The notes beneath the pieces were generated by a model, which made no database searches, had not been told where the DNA came from, and saw nothing but the letters and a program-made list of their open reading frames with translations. The translations under genes and the position numbers were made by a program. From an uncultured Kineothrix sp. (GTDB taxonomy: Bacteria > Bacillota > Clostridia > Lachnospirales > Lachnospiraceae): 40,639 nucleotides of DNA. The stretch lies in contig CAJUSR010000032.1 in NCBI GenBank assembly GCA_910588855.1, forward strand, positions 1 to 40,639, given 5' to 3'. Shown here in pieces: positions 8,829 to 17,674 of this stretch (the first letter of the stretch is position 1; each line of letters begins with the position of its first letter).

Positions 8829-9926
8829 ATGAAGTATATGATTAAGGATAATCAGGCCGGGTTTGTGTTAAAAAATGGAATATTCCAGAAAATGATTCTT
8901 TCGGGGATTTATTATTTGCCGAAAATGATGGGGTATACTGTAGAAATCGAGGAAATGACAGGGGAATTGGATTATTTGGATGTTCCTTACCAGATACTTT
9001 CCAAAGACGGGGTATTCCTTAATTCGACTGTACATATGGAGATTCCGGACGGTTATGTGGGTTTTATTTATGTCAATGGGAAACTGACATCTTTTGCGAA
9101 CCGGAAGGAATATACTTTCTGGAATGTGTTTGATAAATATGAGATAAAGGTAGTATCCATGATGGAAACGGATATGGGGGAAGAAGTATCCAGACAGATG
9201 TTTTCCCTGATTCCGGGGAAATTTTATACGGAAATAGCGGTTGGAGAAGGGGAGGTAGCTTTAGTATACTATGATAATGTGCTGCAAAGGCAGCTTGCCA
9301 AAGGGATATACCGTTTTTGGAATTATCGCCATAAGGTTACTTTCTGTGTGATTGACATGAGGCAGAAAGCGTTGGATATCGTAGGGCAGGAGATTCTTAC
9401 GAAAGATAAAATCGGTATTCGGATGAATGTGGTCTGCATGTATAAGATAAAGAATGCTATCGAATTTGCCGGGGCGGTTTCCGAATTGAAAGGACAGCTT
9501 TATTCTGCGGTGCAATTGGCAATCCGGGAGATAGTCGGGAACTACAAGCTGGACGAAATTTTGGAGGCAAAAGAGCAGATTTCCAAAGAGATTTACGAAG
9601 CTTTGAAGACACGTGAGGGGATGTTTTGTATCAATTTCCTGACTGCGGGGATTAAGGATATTATTTTACCCGGTGAAATCAGGGAAATTATGAATTCTGT
9701 GCTTGTGGCGGAAAAGAAGGCCCAGGCTAATGTCATTTCCAGACGGGAAGAAGTCGCGTCTACTAGGTCTTTGCTTAATACGGCGAAGCTGATGGATGAG
9801 AACCAAACGCTTTATAAATTGAAGGAATTGGAGTATTTGGAAAGGATTTGCGAGAAAGTGGGTGAAATATCCGTAGGCGGCAATGCCGGGATTGTGGAAC
9901 AGTTGGGAAGGATGATAGGAGCTTAA
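8829..9926 (+). CDS. SPFH/band-7 (stomatin/prohibitin-like) domain protein, apparently bipartite with no obvious N-terminal TM helix
   Basis: RBS GAGGTGG lies 3 nt before ATG 8829. The C-terminal half (LTKDKIGIRMNVVCMYKI...IKDIILPGEIREIMNSVLVAEKKAQANVISRREEVAS) is typical of SPFH plus a coiled-coil tail. The N-terminal half has a second SPFH-like start (AGFVLKNGIFQKMILSGIYYLP). Confidence 0.6.
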   Translation: MKYMIKDNQAGFVLKNGIFQKMILSGIYYLPKMMGYTVEIEEMTGELDYLDVPYQILSKDGVFLNSTVHMEIPDGYVGFIYVNGKLTSFANRKEYTFWNVFDKYEIKVVSMMETDMGEEVSRQMFSLIPGKFYTEIAVGEGEVALVYYDNVLQRQLAKGIYRFWNYRHKVTFCVIDMRQKALDIVGQEILTKDKIGIRMNVVCMYKIKNAIEFAGAVSELKGQLYSAVQLAIREIVGNYKLDEILEAKEQISKEIYEALKTREGMFCINFLTAGIKDIILPGEIREIMNSVLVAEKKAQANVISRREEVASTRSLLNTAKLMDENQTLYKLKELEYLERICEKVGEISVGGNAGIVEQLGRMIGA

Positions 9927-10214
9927 GAAGAGGATGACGCACGTTGGAACAAAAGGGGATAGGATGCCCCATCATTGTGGAAATCAAGGGTTGGCCATTG
10001 GGTCAACTCTTGTTTATAGAAGCGCTGTTTTTCCGGGTGGAATTATAAAAATAAAAAGTGTGAAATTTCCTCTTGCCAAATGTGTAGAAATATGGTATTA
10101 TAGCATTCGTTGAGACGGTTTTTGCAAGATTGCTGTGTATGATAAGTTTTCCAAAATTTTTATGTGTGCAGCAGATTGGAAATGAGAAGATTGTTTCATA
10201 GTTTTAGAAAATAA

Positions 10215-10286
10215 GGCTCCGTGGTCAAGCGGTTAAGACATCGCCCTTTCACGGCGGTAACACGGGTTCGATTCCCGTCGGAGTCA
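10215..10286 (+). tRNA. tRNA-Glu (anticodon TTC)
   Basis: Cloverleaf read by eye: acceptor GGCTCCG/CGGAGTC, anticodon loop CTTTCAC, T-loop GGTTCGATTCC. A TTGCCA-17-TATTAT promoter lies at about 10073-10105. Confidence 0.85.
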
Positions 10287-10302
10287 TTTAGTTTTAAATT
10301 GC

Positions 10303-10376
10303 GGACCTTTAGCTCAGTTGGTTAGAGCAACCGGCTCATAACCGGTCGGTCCTGGGTTCGAGTCCCCGAAGGTCCA
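10303..10376 (+). tRNA. tRNA with CAT anticodon, most like the lysidine-type tRNA-Ile2 (alternatively elongator Met)
   Basis: Acceptor GGACCTT/AAGGTCC, D-arm GCTCAGTTGGTTAGAGC, anticodon loop CTCATAA. The overall sequence closely resembles Bacillus-type tRNA-Ile(CAU). Confidence 0.8.
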
Positions 10377-10404
10377 TTTTTGATTTTTAACAACATAGGT
10401 AATT

Positions 10405-10478
10405 GGCCCGGTGGCTCAGTTGGTTAGAGCGCCGCCCTGTCACGGCGGAGGTCGTGGGTTCGAGTCCCATCCGGGTCG
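10405..10478 (+). tRNA. tRNA-Asp (anticodon GTC)
   Basis: Acceptor GGCCCGG/CCGGGTC, anticodon loop CTGTCAC, T-loop GGTTCGAGTCC. Confidence 0.85.
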
Positions 10479-10501
10479 TTAGTAGTAAATAGGCATAATA
10501 A

Positions 10502-10574
10502 GGGATCTTAGCTCAGCTGGGAGAGCATCTGCCTTACAAGCAGAGGGTCATAGGTTCGAGCCCTATAGGTCCCA
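10502..10574 (+). tRNA. tRNA-Val (anticodon TAC)
   Basis: Acceptor GGGATCT/AGGTCCC, anticodon loop CTTACAA, T-loop GGTTCGAGCCC. Confidence 0.85.
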
Positions 10575-10638
10575 TTTTATACAAACTTATATTTTATAGT
10601 TTTGTATAAGGTTTGCAGTAAAAATGAATGTCTGCTTT

Positions 10639-10722
10639 GCTGGTGTGGCGGAATAGGCAGACGCAAAGGACTTAAAATCCTTCGGTGGCAACACCGTGCC
10701 GGTTCAAGTCCGGCCACCAGCA
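10639..10722 (+). tRNA. tRNA-Leu (anticodon TAA), class II with a long variable arm
   Basis: Acceptor GCTGGTG/CACCAGC, D-arm GCGGAATAGGCAGACGC, anticodon loop CTTAAAA, long variable arm, T-arm GCCGGTTCAAGTCCGGC. Confidence 0.85.
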
Positions 10723-10729
10723 CGATAAG

Positions 10730-10768
10730 AAAACCCGTACTAGCGGATTGCTAGTACGGGTTTTCTTT
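10730..10768 (+). terminator. Rho-independent terminator closing the tRNA cluster
   Basis: AAAACCCGTACTAGC / GCTAGTACGGGTTTT, a 15-bp perfect stem followed by a T-run. Confidence 0.8.
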
Positions 10769-10776
10769 ATGAGCAG

Positions 10777-10930
10777 CCTCGTGTAGAGGAAATATGCCGC
10801 TGTGCGGCACACGGGGCGCGCAACGAGTTCGATTACATGCAGCCCCGTGCAGAGGAAATGTGCTGCTATAGGGCACACGGGGCGCGCAGCGAGTAGTGGA
10901 AGGAGACTTTCCTGCTCGATTGTGGTAAGG
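10777..10930 (+). repeat. Two tandem copies of a conserved intergenic repeat (core GTAGAGGAAAT.TGC...GCACAC(GGGGCGCG)CA.CGAGTA...GGAGG..TTCC..CT.GATTG). A third copy lies at 72-140.
   Basis: Direct comparison of 10777-10830, 10831-10930 and 72-140 in this window. Confidence 0.6.
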
Positions 10931-11009
10931 AATAATGCTATAGCGTAGGAGCTGGTTACCGGACAGACATTTTGACACCCGAATTTATAGAGGAAAGTAT
11001 CAAAAAAAC

Positions 11010-11070
11010 TTGACAGGGAGTGACTATCGGAGTAGTATAGTTATATCGCGATGACTATTGCAATAGTTAA
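11010..11070 (+). promoter_or_regulatory. Promoter (TTGACA-17-TAGTAT) with BlaI-type operator dyads overlapping and following it
   Basis: TTGACA at 11010-11015 and TAGTAT at 11033-11038. Perfect palindrome ACTATTGCAATAGT (11054-11067). A further ATAGT...GACTAT dyad lies at 11037-11058. Confidence 0.55.
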
Positions 11071-11085
11071 AAAAGAGGTGACCTT

Positions 11086-11448
11086 ATGAAAATAAAGTTG
11101 TTTGATTCAGAATTGAAAGTGATGGAAGTGTTATGGAGGGAAGGTGATTTGCCTGCAGGGCAGCTTGCGAAGATTTTGAAGGAAGAAATAGGATGGAATA
11201 GGAATACCACTTACACAGTCATAAAAAAGTGCGTGGAAAAAGGGGCGGTAAGGCGCGGGGAACCTAATTTTATGTGTAGTGCAATGATTACTAAAGTACA
11301 GGTGCAGAATTACGAGACAGAGGAATTAATCGGGAAGATGTTCGATGGTTCTAAAGAAAAGTTTTTTGCAGCGTTTCTGGACGGAGGGAAGTTGTCCAAA
11401 GAAGAGATGGAAAGCCTGAAGCGGATGGTGATGGAACTGGACGAATAG
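11086..11448 (+). CDS. BlaI/MecI/CopY-family transcriptional repressor (penicillinase repressor fold)
   Basis: 120 aa. The N-terminal winged helix LSDSELKVMEVLW...LPAGQLAKIL and the C-terminal dimerisation helix are typical of the BlaI family. Confidence 0.85.
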   Translation: MKIKLFDSELKVMEVLWREGDLPAGQLAKILKEEIGWNRNTTYTVIKKCVEKGAVRRGEPNFMCSAMITKVQVQNYETEELIGKMFDGSKEKFFAAFLDGGKLSKEEMESLKRMVMELDE

Positions 11449-11467
11449 GCAGGGATGGAGGCACAAG

Positions 11468-12760
11468 ATGATTTTGTTGCAAAGAAGCGTAGCGGCAGGG
11501 ATTTTAATTTTATATGTTCTTTTGCTTCGCAGGATGGCATCTGGCAGACTTCCTAAAAGGACATTTGCCGTATTATGGAAATTGGCTGTTTTGCGACTTT
11601 TGCTGCCTTTTTCTGTTCCGGTGGAAATAAACCTTGTGAGGGAGTGGGCGGAGCCTATCCTGGTTTTGCCGGAAACGGGCATGGAAATGGAAATGGCTGA
11701 AGTACAGGACACAGGGGTTGTGGAATTGGTTTTGCAGAATATAGACCTAATCTGGTTTTTGGGATTGATTATGGCGGCATTGTTTTTCCTTTTCGGATAT
11801 GTAAAGGCGTATCTACAGTTTCGGGAAGCCATTCCCATTGAAAACACCAGCAATGACATTTATGAAAAAGGCTTTTACGAGAGATTAACGAAAGGAGTTA
11901 AAATCTGTGTATTGGATAGGCTTGTGACCCCTATCACTTACGGTGTTTTCCGTCCTTGCATTATTTTGCCCAAAACTATGGAGTTTGCTGATAAAGCAAT
12001 GCTCTGTTATGTGTTAAGGCATGAGATGGTACATATAAAATATAGGGATAACTTGTGGAAGCTATTAGCCATTATTGCATTTTGCCTGCATTGGTTTAAT
12101 CCACTGGCTCTCATGCTGCTGTTTTTCATGAATAAGGATATGGAAATTGCCTGTGATGAAAGTGTTATTTCGGATATGAGGGAAAAAGACAGAAAAAAAT
12201 ATGCATTGACACTTGTAATGTTAGCAGAGAAAGCACAATATTTCGTTCATAACGGATTTGGGAAAAGTGCTGTAAAGGAAAGGGTAAGGGAAATTATGAA
12301 TTATAAAAAAGTGACGAAAGCAGGAAGTCTGTGCGCTTTATTGGTTATGTTAGGCGGTACGGCATCGTTTGTTTCGGCAAAAGAAGCGGAAAAGGGAATT
12401 GCAGAGCCTATGGTTGGCGTGGAAATGGAAGAAGGGGATATACGGGATAAAACTGACAGCGGAAAATTGAAAACAAGCGTTACCGTATTTTTTGAAGAAG
12501 GGATTTCGGAAGAAAGGATTGGGCAAATCGGCAATGAACTTTTGGAAGTGAAGGGGGTGGAAGGGATTGGCTATACATCCCCGGAAGACGCCTGGGCAGT
12601 ATTTTCAGACAAATATCTGAGCGAAGAGGTGACAATTTCCTTTAAGGAGAATCCTTTGAAAAATTCAGGCAATTACACGGTTTACCTGTCCGAGCAAAGC
12701 GAGGAGGCAGTTCATTCTATAGAAAAGATAGACGGTGTAAGGCGTGTAAACAAACAGTAA
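11468..12760 (+). CDS. BlaR1-like M56 peptidase/signal transducer with a C-terminal FtsX-extracellular-like domain rather than a penicillin-binding sensor
   Basis: Multi-TM N-terminus. Zinc motif HEMVHIKYRDN (HExxH, as in BlaR1 HELAHIKRRD). The C-terminal segment SVTVFFEEGISEERIGQIGNELLEVKGVEGIGYTSPEDAWAVF resembles the FtsX periplasmic domain. Confidence 0.7.
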   Translation: MILLQRSVAAGILILYVLLLRRMASGRLPKRTFAVLWKLAVLRLLLPFSVPVEINLVREWAEPILVLPETGMEMEMAEVQDTGVVELVLQNIDLIWFLGLIMAALFFLFGYVKAYLQFREAIPIENTSNDIYEKGFYERLTKGVKICVLDRLVTPITYGVFRPCIILPKTMEFADKAMLCYVLRHEMVHIKYRDNLWKLLAIIAFCLHWFNPLALMLLFFMNKDMEIACDESVISDMREKDRKKYALTLVMLAEKAQYFVHNGFGKSAVKERVREIMNYKKVTKAGSLCALLVMLGGTASFVSAKEAEKGIAEPMVGVEMEEGDIRDKTDSGKLKTSVTVFFEEGISEERIGQIGNELLEVKGVEGIGYTSPEDAWAVFSDKYLSEEVTISFKENPLKNSGNYTVYLSEQSEEAVHSIEKIDGVRRVNKQ

Positions 12761-13008
12761 GAGCGAACAGCCGGGATGTGTAGTTCGGGATAAACAGCCT
12801 TCGGAATGGAATATGCCGGTACGAAATATACAGCCTGCAGAGAAATGCTAGTACGAAAAATTTCGCCACAGAGTAAACAGCCCGTGGAGTATGCTGCCCT
12901 CAGAATACAGTTCCTGCAGTGTTGCCTAAGCGGATTGACTTCCCTGTGTCATCTTTATTCCCGCGAGCAACGAGCCAAGTGCCTGCTTGCAGGCATTTGG
13001 CGACTGCC

Positions 13009-13047
13009 GCGAGGGTCAAATACCCCGCTGCTTGCAGCGGGGTATTT
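13009..13047 (+). terminator. Rho-independent terminator after the blaR1-like gene
   Basis: AAATACCCCGCTGC TTGC AGCGGGGTATTTGATTTT. Confidence 0.7.
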
Positions 13048-13173
13048 GATTTTCTCCTAGACGTATCCTTTTTATTTCATGTATAATAATAAAAATAAGA
13101 TGTGGATGCCGGAAGGGGAAGGTTTGGCTGAATCTGGGAACAGGAAACGATAGGAACAGTAAAGGGGCAGTAT

Positions 13174-14769
13174 ATGTACACAGTTGTAGTGGCGGATGAT
13201 GAAGAAGAACTCCGCCGGGCTATTGTCCGGCGGATTGATTGGGAAAGCATAGGTTTTCATGTAGTGGGGGAAGCGGAAAACGGAATAGAAGCCCTGGAAC
13301 TGGTGGAAAAGACGGAACCGGATCTTCTCCTTACGGATATTAAAATGCCGTTTATATCTGGGATTGAACTGGCAAGGCAGGTAAGGGAAGTGCGGCCGGC
13401 TACGCAGATTGCCTTTATCAGTGGATTTGATGAGTTTAGCTATGCACAGCAGGCAATCCAGTACAATATTATCAGCTATATGCTGAAACCGATTTCCATG
13501 GCGGATTTAACGAAGGAATTAACGGTAATTAAGGGAAAAATAGATAATTTGTTTCAGGAGTTCAGCGACAAGCAGCAGATAAGGATAGATAAGTTCGGGT
13601 TCTTGATGCCGCTTTTGATGGACGGGTATCAGGCGGAAGACATGGAAGAAGGGGAAGAACGCCTGAAAACGGCAGCGGTGGAATGCGGGGTATTCAAAGA
13701 CCGCAACAATGATTTCCGATATGCGGTTATGGTTACTTTTATAAAAGATAAAAAGGGGAAAAACTGTACGACACAGGACCATGTGCATTCGGTAGACAGT
13801 ATTTTGAAAAAATATGTAAAGTATGAAAGCTTTTACTGGAACGGCAAAGTGATTTCACTGTTGATAGCTACACCGGCGGCTTTTGACAAATATCTGCATA
13901 TTCTGGTAGGCGATGTGGTACAGAGCATGGAGAGGATTATGGGGCTTGATTGTGCTATCGGCATCAGCCGGATTACGGACAAGCTTTCGGAATGCCATGA
14001 GGCCTATATGGAGGCGTCGAATGCATTGAGCTATGCAGGACAGGCAGGCGGCGTACATTATATTGCTGACGAAGAACATGCGGAAGGGATAGATGCCCAG
14101 AGTGTTATGAATGTGGTGGCAGAAGTGGAAGCCCTAATCCGCGGCAGCCGCAGCGGGGAATTGGAGGAGTACCTGGGGGAAATATTTGATGGAATGCGCA
14201 GGATGAAGGTTTCAAGGGCAGGGGCTAATTACCTTATGGTACAGCTTCTTGCTTCGGTATGCAAGATTCTTTATGCCGTAGCGGACGGAGAAGAGATTGA
14301 ACAGATACAAAAAAATACTCTGCTGCAAAGCGTTGTCTTCCAAGACGGTTCTTTCCATGAAATGCAGGTCAAGCTGACCGAGTTCTGTTTAAGCGCCTGG
14401 GAAATGATTGGCAGCCAAAGGAAGAAAAGCAGCAAAGTTTTGTGCGAGAAAACTTTACAAATGATCGAAACGGGGTATGGGAGCGGAGATATATCTTTGG
14501 TTTCCGTCAGCAGCGCAATTAGTGTCAGCCCAAATTATTTAAGCGCTGTGATAAAAAAGGAGACGGGAAAGACCTTTGTGGATCTTCTTACCGGAAAAAG
14601 AATGGAGGTTGCGAAAGAGCTGCTAACCTGCACTTCCATGAAGATTAAAGAAATTTCGGAAAGATGCGGCTACAGCGACCAGCATTATTTTAGCTATTGT
14701 TTTAAAAAATACAGCGGCACATCGCCCAATGCCCTGCGCCGGCAGATAAAAGCGGAGGAGGAAGCGTGA
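13174..14769 (+). CDS. Two-component response regulator with CheY-like receiver and C-terminal AraC-type HTH (YesN-like)
   Basis: VVVADDEEELRR...LLLTDIKMP is a REC domain. The C-terminal segment YSDQHYFSYCFKKYSGTSPNALRR is an AraC HTH. Confidence 0.85.
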   Translation: MYTVVVADDEEELRRAIVRRIDWESIGFHVVGEAENGIEALELVEKTEPDLLLTDIKMPFISGIELARQVREVRPATQIAFISGFDEFSYAQQAIQYNIISYMLKPISMADLTKELTVIKGKIDNLFQEFSDKQQIRIDKFGFLMPLLMDGYQAEDMEEGEERLKTAAVECGVFKDRNNDFRYAVMVTFIKDKKGKNCTTQDHVHSVDSILKKYVKYESFYWNGKVISLLIATPAAFDKYLHILVGDVVQSMERIMGLDCAIGISRITDKLSECHEAYMEASNALSYAGQAGGVHYIADEEHAEGIDAQSVMNVVAEVEALIRGSRSGELEEYLGEIFDGMRRMKVSRAGANYLMVQLLASVCKILYAVADGEEIEQIQKNTLLQSVVFQDGSFHEMQVKLTEFCLSAWEMIGSQRKKSSKVLCEKTLQMIETGYGSGDISLVSVSSAISVSPNYLSAVIKKETGKTFVDLLTGKRMEVAKELLTCTSMKIKEISERCGYSDQHYFSYCFKKYSGTSPNALRRQIKAEEEA

Positions 14770-16493
14770 AAAGGGATAAGCATAAAAAAACGGTTTCAAT
14801 GTCCCTTGCATCCATCATGAATTTTTTTGTGGTGGGAATGGTGTTGGTAGCGTTGGCAGGCGGGCTGGCTGTTTTTGTTTCTGTATTTAGGCGTTCCGTG
14901 GAGCAAAGCGCGGTTACCAGCAGCGAGCAGGCGGTTGTGCAGGCATCCAATACAGTGTATAACTACACAAAGGATATGGAAGAAATTATGGGGCTGATTG
15001 AGGACTCCTATCGTTCGGAAGAAGAGGAGAGGAATCATGCCCTGGATACGTTGCTCCGCATCCGGAAAGATGTGATTGCGGTTACGAGCTATAATGAAAA
15101 TGGGGAAATGATAGATTCGTGGACGGGCGGTTATCGCCTGAAAGAGAATATATTGAAAAATCTTTCTTATATCCAACGGGAAACGGGGCCGGAAGATGGG
15201 CTGTCCATATCGGAGCCGCATGCGGAGACTTTACTGGAAAATTATTATCCTTGGGTGGTATCCATCCGCAAGGACCTTGAAGACGGAAGAGGGAAAAGGC
15301 ATGCGGTAGTTATGGATGTCCGCTTTTCGAGAATTGCAAAATATGTAGACGAGGTAGGCATCGGACAGCATGGCTACTGCTTTATTATGGATAAAAACGG
15401 TGGTATCGTCTACCATCCCCAGCAGCAGTTGATTTATTCCGGTTTGAAACAGGAGCAGACAGTCGGTTTGATGTCGGCGGAAGACGGCTCTTGGGTGAAA
15501 AAAGATGTAATCTATACGATACGTTCTTTGGATAATTGCGATTGGAGAATTGTAGGGGTAAGCTATATTGACGAGATGGTAACCGGAAAGGTGCGGGATG
15601 CCATAGGGATTTTGCTTTTATTGACTGGGTTTGTGCTGGTAACGGTATTTTTCAGCAGCTATCTTTTGACTCATATGGTGTCTCATCCTATCCAGAGTCT
15701 GGTAAAGGCAATGCAGGATTTTGAAACGAATGCAGAGGAATTCAGCTACCAGCCGGTGCATGGCAGCCGGGAGATGCTGGCGCTGTCGGATTCTTTTGAC
15801 CACATGGTAGTAAGAATACAGGACTTAATGGAAAAGGTGCGGGGGGAGGAAATCACTTTGCGCAAGACAGAATTGAAGGCTTTGCAGGCGCAGATAAACC
15901 CGCATTTCCTTTATAATACGTTGGACGCCATTGGCTGGATGTGCGAAGAGGAAAGAAGCCAGGATGCCGTAGAGATGGTGAATGCGCTGGCAAGGCTGTT
16001 CCGTATCAGCATCAGCAAAGGGCATGAATTGATTCCTATTGAAAAAGAAGTGGAACATGCCAGAAGTTATCTAATGATACAAAATTTCCGGTATAAGAAC
16101 CAGTTTACGTATTCTTTCCATATCGAAGAGGCTTGTTTGCCTTATTTGTGCAATAAGATTACATTGCAGCCTATTATTGAAAATGCCATTTATCATGGGA
16201 TTAACCGGATGGTGGATGAAGGGGAAATTATAATCCGTATCCGGGAAGAAGAAGGGGATATTGTTTTTTCCGTGTCGGATAACGGGGTAGGAATGAGCAA
16301 GGAACAATGTGAGGAAATTTTGAAAAGTGAGCCGGGGGATCAGACCGGTATCGGAATAAAGAATGTCAATGATAGGATTAAAATTTATTTTGGGGAAGAG
16401 TACGGGATTACGATAGAAAGCGAGCTGGATGAAGGAACTTGTGTCAGTATCCGTATGCCGAAAATAAAGGAGGGCGGATATGATGGCAAGTAA
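14766..16493 (+). CDS. Sensor histidine kinase of the YesM/LytS His_kinase (Pfam PF06580-type) family, with a roughly 270 aa extracytoplasmic domain between two TM helices
   Basis: GTG start overlaps the response-regulator stop by 4 nt. The H-box-like LQAQINPHFLYNTLD is the internal His-kinase region typical of YesM/LytS kinases. The C-terminus has the HATPase motifs DNGVGM and GIGIKNV. Confidence 0.85.
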   Translation: MKRDKHKKTVSMSLASIMNFFVVGMVLVALAGGLAVFVSVFRRSVEQSAVTSSEQAVVQASNTVYNYTKDMEEIMGLIEDSYRSEEEERNHALDTLLRIRKDVIAVTSYNENGEMIDSWTGGYRLKENILKNLSYIQRETGPEDGLSISEPHAETLLENYYPWVVSIRKDLEDGRGKRHAVVMDVRFSRIAKYVDEVGIGQHGYCFIMDKNGGIVYHPQQQLIYSGLKQEQTVGLMSAEDGSWVKKDVIYTIRSLDNCDWRIVGVSYIDEMVTGKVRDAIGILLLLTGFVLVTVFFSSYLLTHMVSHPIQSLVKAMQDFETNAEEFSYQPVHGSREMLALSDSFDHMVVRIQDLMEKVRGEEITLRKTELKALQAQINPHFLYNTLDAIGWMCEEERSQDAVEMVNALARLFRISISKGHELIPIEKEVEHARSYLMIQNFRYKNQFTYSFHIEEACLPYLCNKITLQPIIENAIYHGINRMVDEGEIIIRIREEEGDIVFSVSDNGVGMSKEQCEEILKSEPGDQTGIGIKNVNDRIKIYFGEEYGITIESELDEGTCVSIRMPKIKEGGYDGK

Positions 16494-17457
16494 AAAAATG
16501 GTATGCACTGTTTTAGTGACGGCATTGTCCTGTATGTGCCTGCTTCTTTCCGGCTGCGGAAGGGGAAACGAGTCTGCAAGGAAACATTACGTGGCGATTA
16601 TCACGAAATCTACGGAGTCTGCATTTTGGAAATCTGTTTATGCGGGGGCTGGGGCGGCCGCTACGGAGTATAATCTGCAAATCAGTATGGATGGGCCGGA
16701 ACGGGAGGAAGATTATCAGACACAGAATGAAATGATACGGCAGGCGGTAAAGGACGGGGCGGAAGTCATTGTATTTTCGGCGGTGGATTATAATGCCAAC
16801 AGCGAGGCGATAAACGAAGCGGCGGAAATGGGGGTAAAAATTGTTGTAATTGATAGCGATGTGAATAGTAGCCAGGTAAGCTGCCGCATCGGCACAGACA
16901 ACCGCGAGGCTGGGAGGATGGCAGGGAAAGCCGCTTTGAAAGCGGAAATGGAAGAACTTTATATCGGCATTGTCAATTATGACATTAATTCTGCTAACGG
17001 CCAGCAAAGGGAAGAAGGGTTCCGGGAAGCGGCTGGGGAGGATGTGAGGGTGAAAGACATGTATACCATCAATGTAGTGTCGACTACCGAGGATGCTCGG
17101 AAGGGAACGGCAGAACTGTTAAAGGAACACCCGGAAATTAATGTCATTGTCACATTTAACGAGTGGACCAGCCTTGGCGTGGGATGGGCAATCAGGGATT
17201 TGGGGCTGGCAGAGAAGACGCAAGTGGTAGCCTTCGACAGCAATGTTGTGTCCGTGGGGATGTTGGAGACGGGTGAGGTGGATGCTTTAATTGTGCAAAA
17301 TCCTTATGCTATGGGTTACCTTGGGGTGGAAGAAGCTTACAGGCTGTTAAATGGAGGGGATACAGGAGAGACGGTTGTGGATACGTCTACTACTTGTGTC
17401 ACCAGAGATAATATGTTTGAGCCGGAGTGCCAAAGGATGCTTTTTTCTTTCGATTGA
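16480..17457 (+). CDS. Type-I periplasmic-binding-protein lipoprotein (ribose/xylose-binding-like), probably the ligand-sensing partner of the adjacent two-component system
   Basis: Lipobox LLLSGCG. The type-I PBP signature YVAIITKSTESAFWKSVYAGA...VVIDSD is present. It overlaps the kinase stop. No cognate ABC ATPase or permease is immediately attached. Confidence 0.7.
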   Translation: MMASKKMVCTVLVTALSCMCLLLSGCGRGNESARKHYVAIITKSTESAFWKSVYAGAGAAATEYNLQISMDGPEREEDYQTQNEMIRQAVKDGAEVIVFSAVDYNANSEAINEAAEMGVKIVVIDSDVNSSQVSCRIGTDNREAGRMAGKAALKAEMEELYIGIVNYDINSANGQQREEGFREAAGEDVRVKDMYTINVVSTTEDARKGTAELLKEHPEINVIVTFNEWTSLGVGWAIRDLGLAEKTQVVAFDSNVVSVGMLETGEVDALIVQNPYAMGYLGVEEAYRLLNGGDTGETVVDTSTTCVTRDNMFEPECQRMLFSFD

Positions 17458-17674
17458 GATACGTGTATCAGGGAAGTTTGCTTCCTATAGGTCAAGCTTC
17501 AGGTTATTTGCAACCGATTAATGAATAAATTATGAACAAAAAATGTACAAAACAATAATTTTTTATACCTTAACAGTAAGATTTTGTATATATTTTTTGT
17601 ATTGTTTTTTGGTATAATGCCAATAAGGCGTGGTAAAAACGCCAAAGAAAATTATTTATAGGAGGACAAACGAA

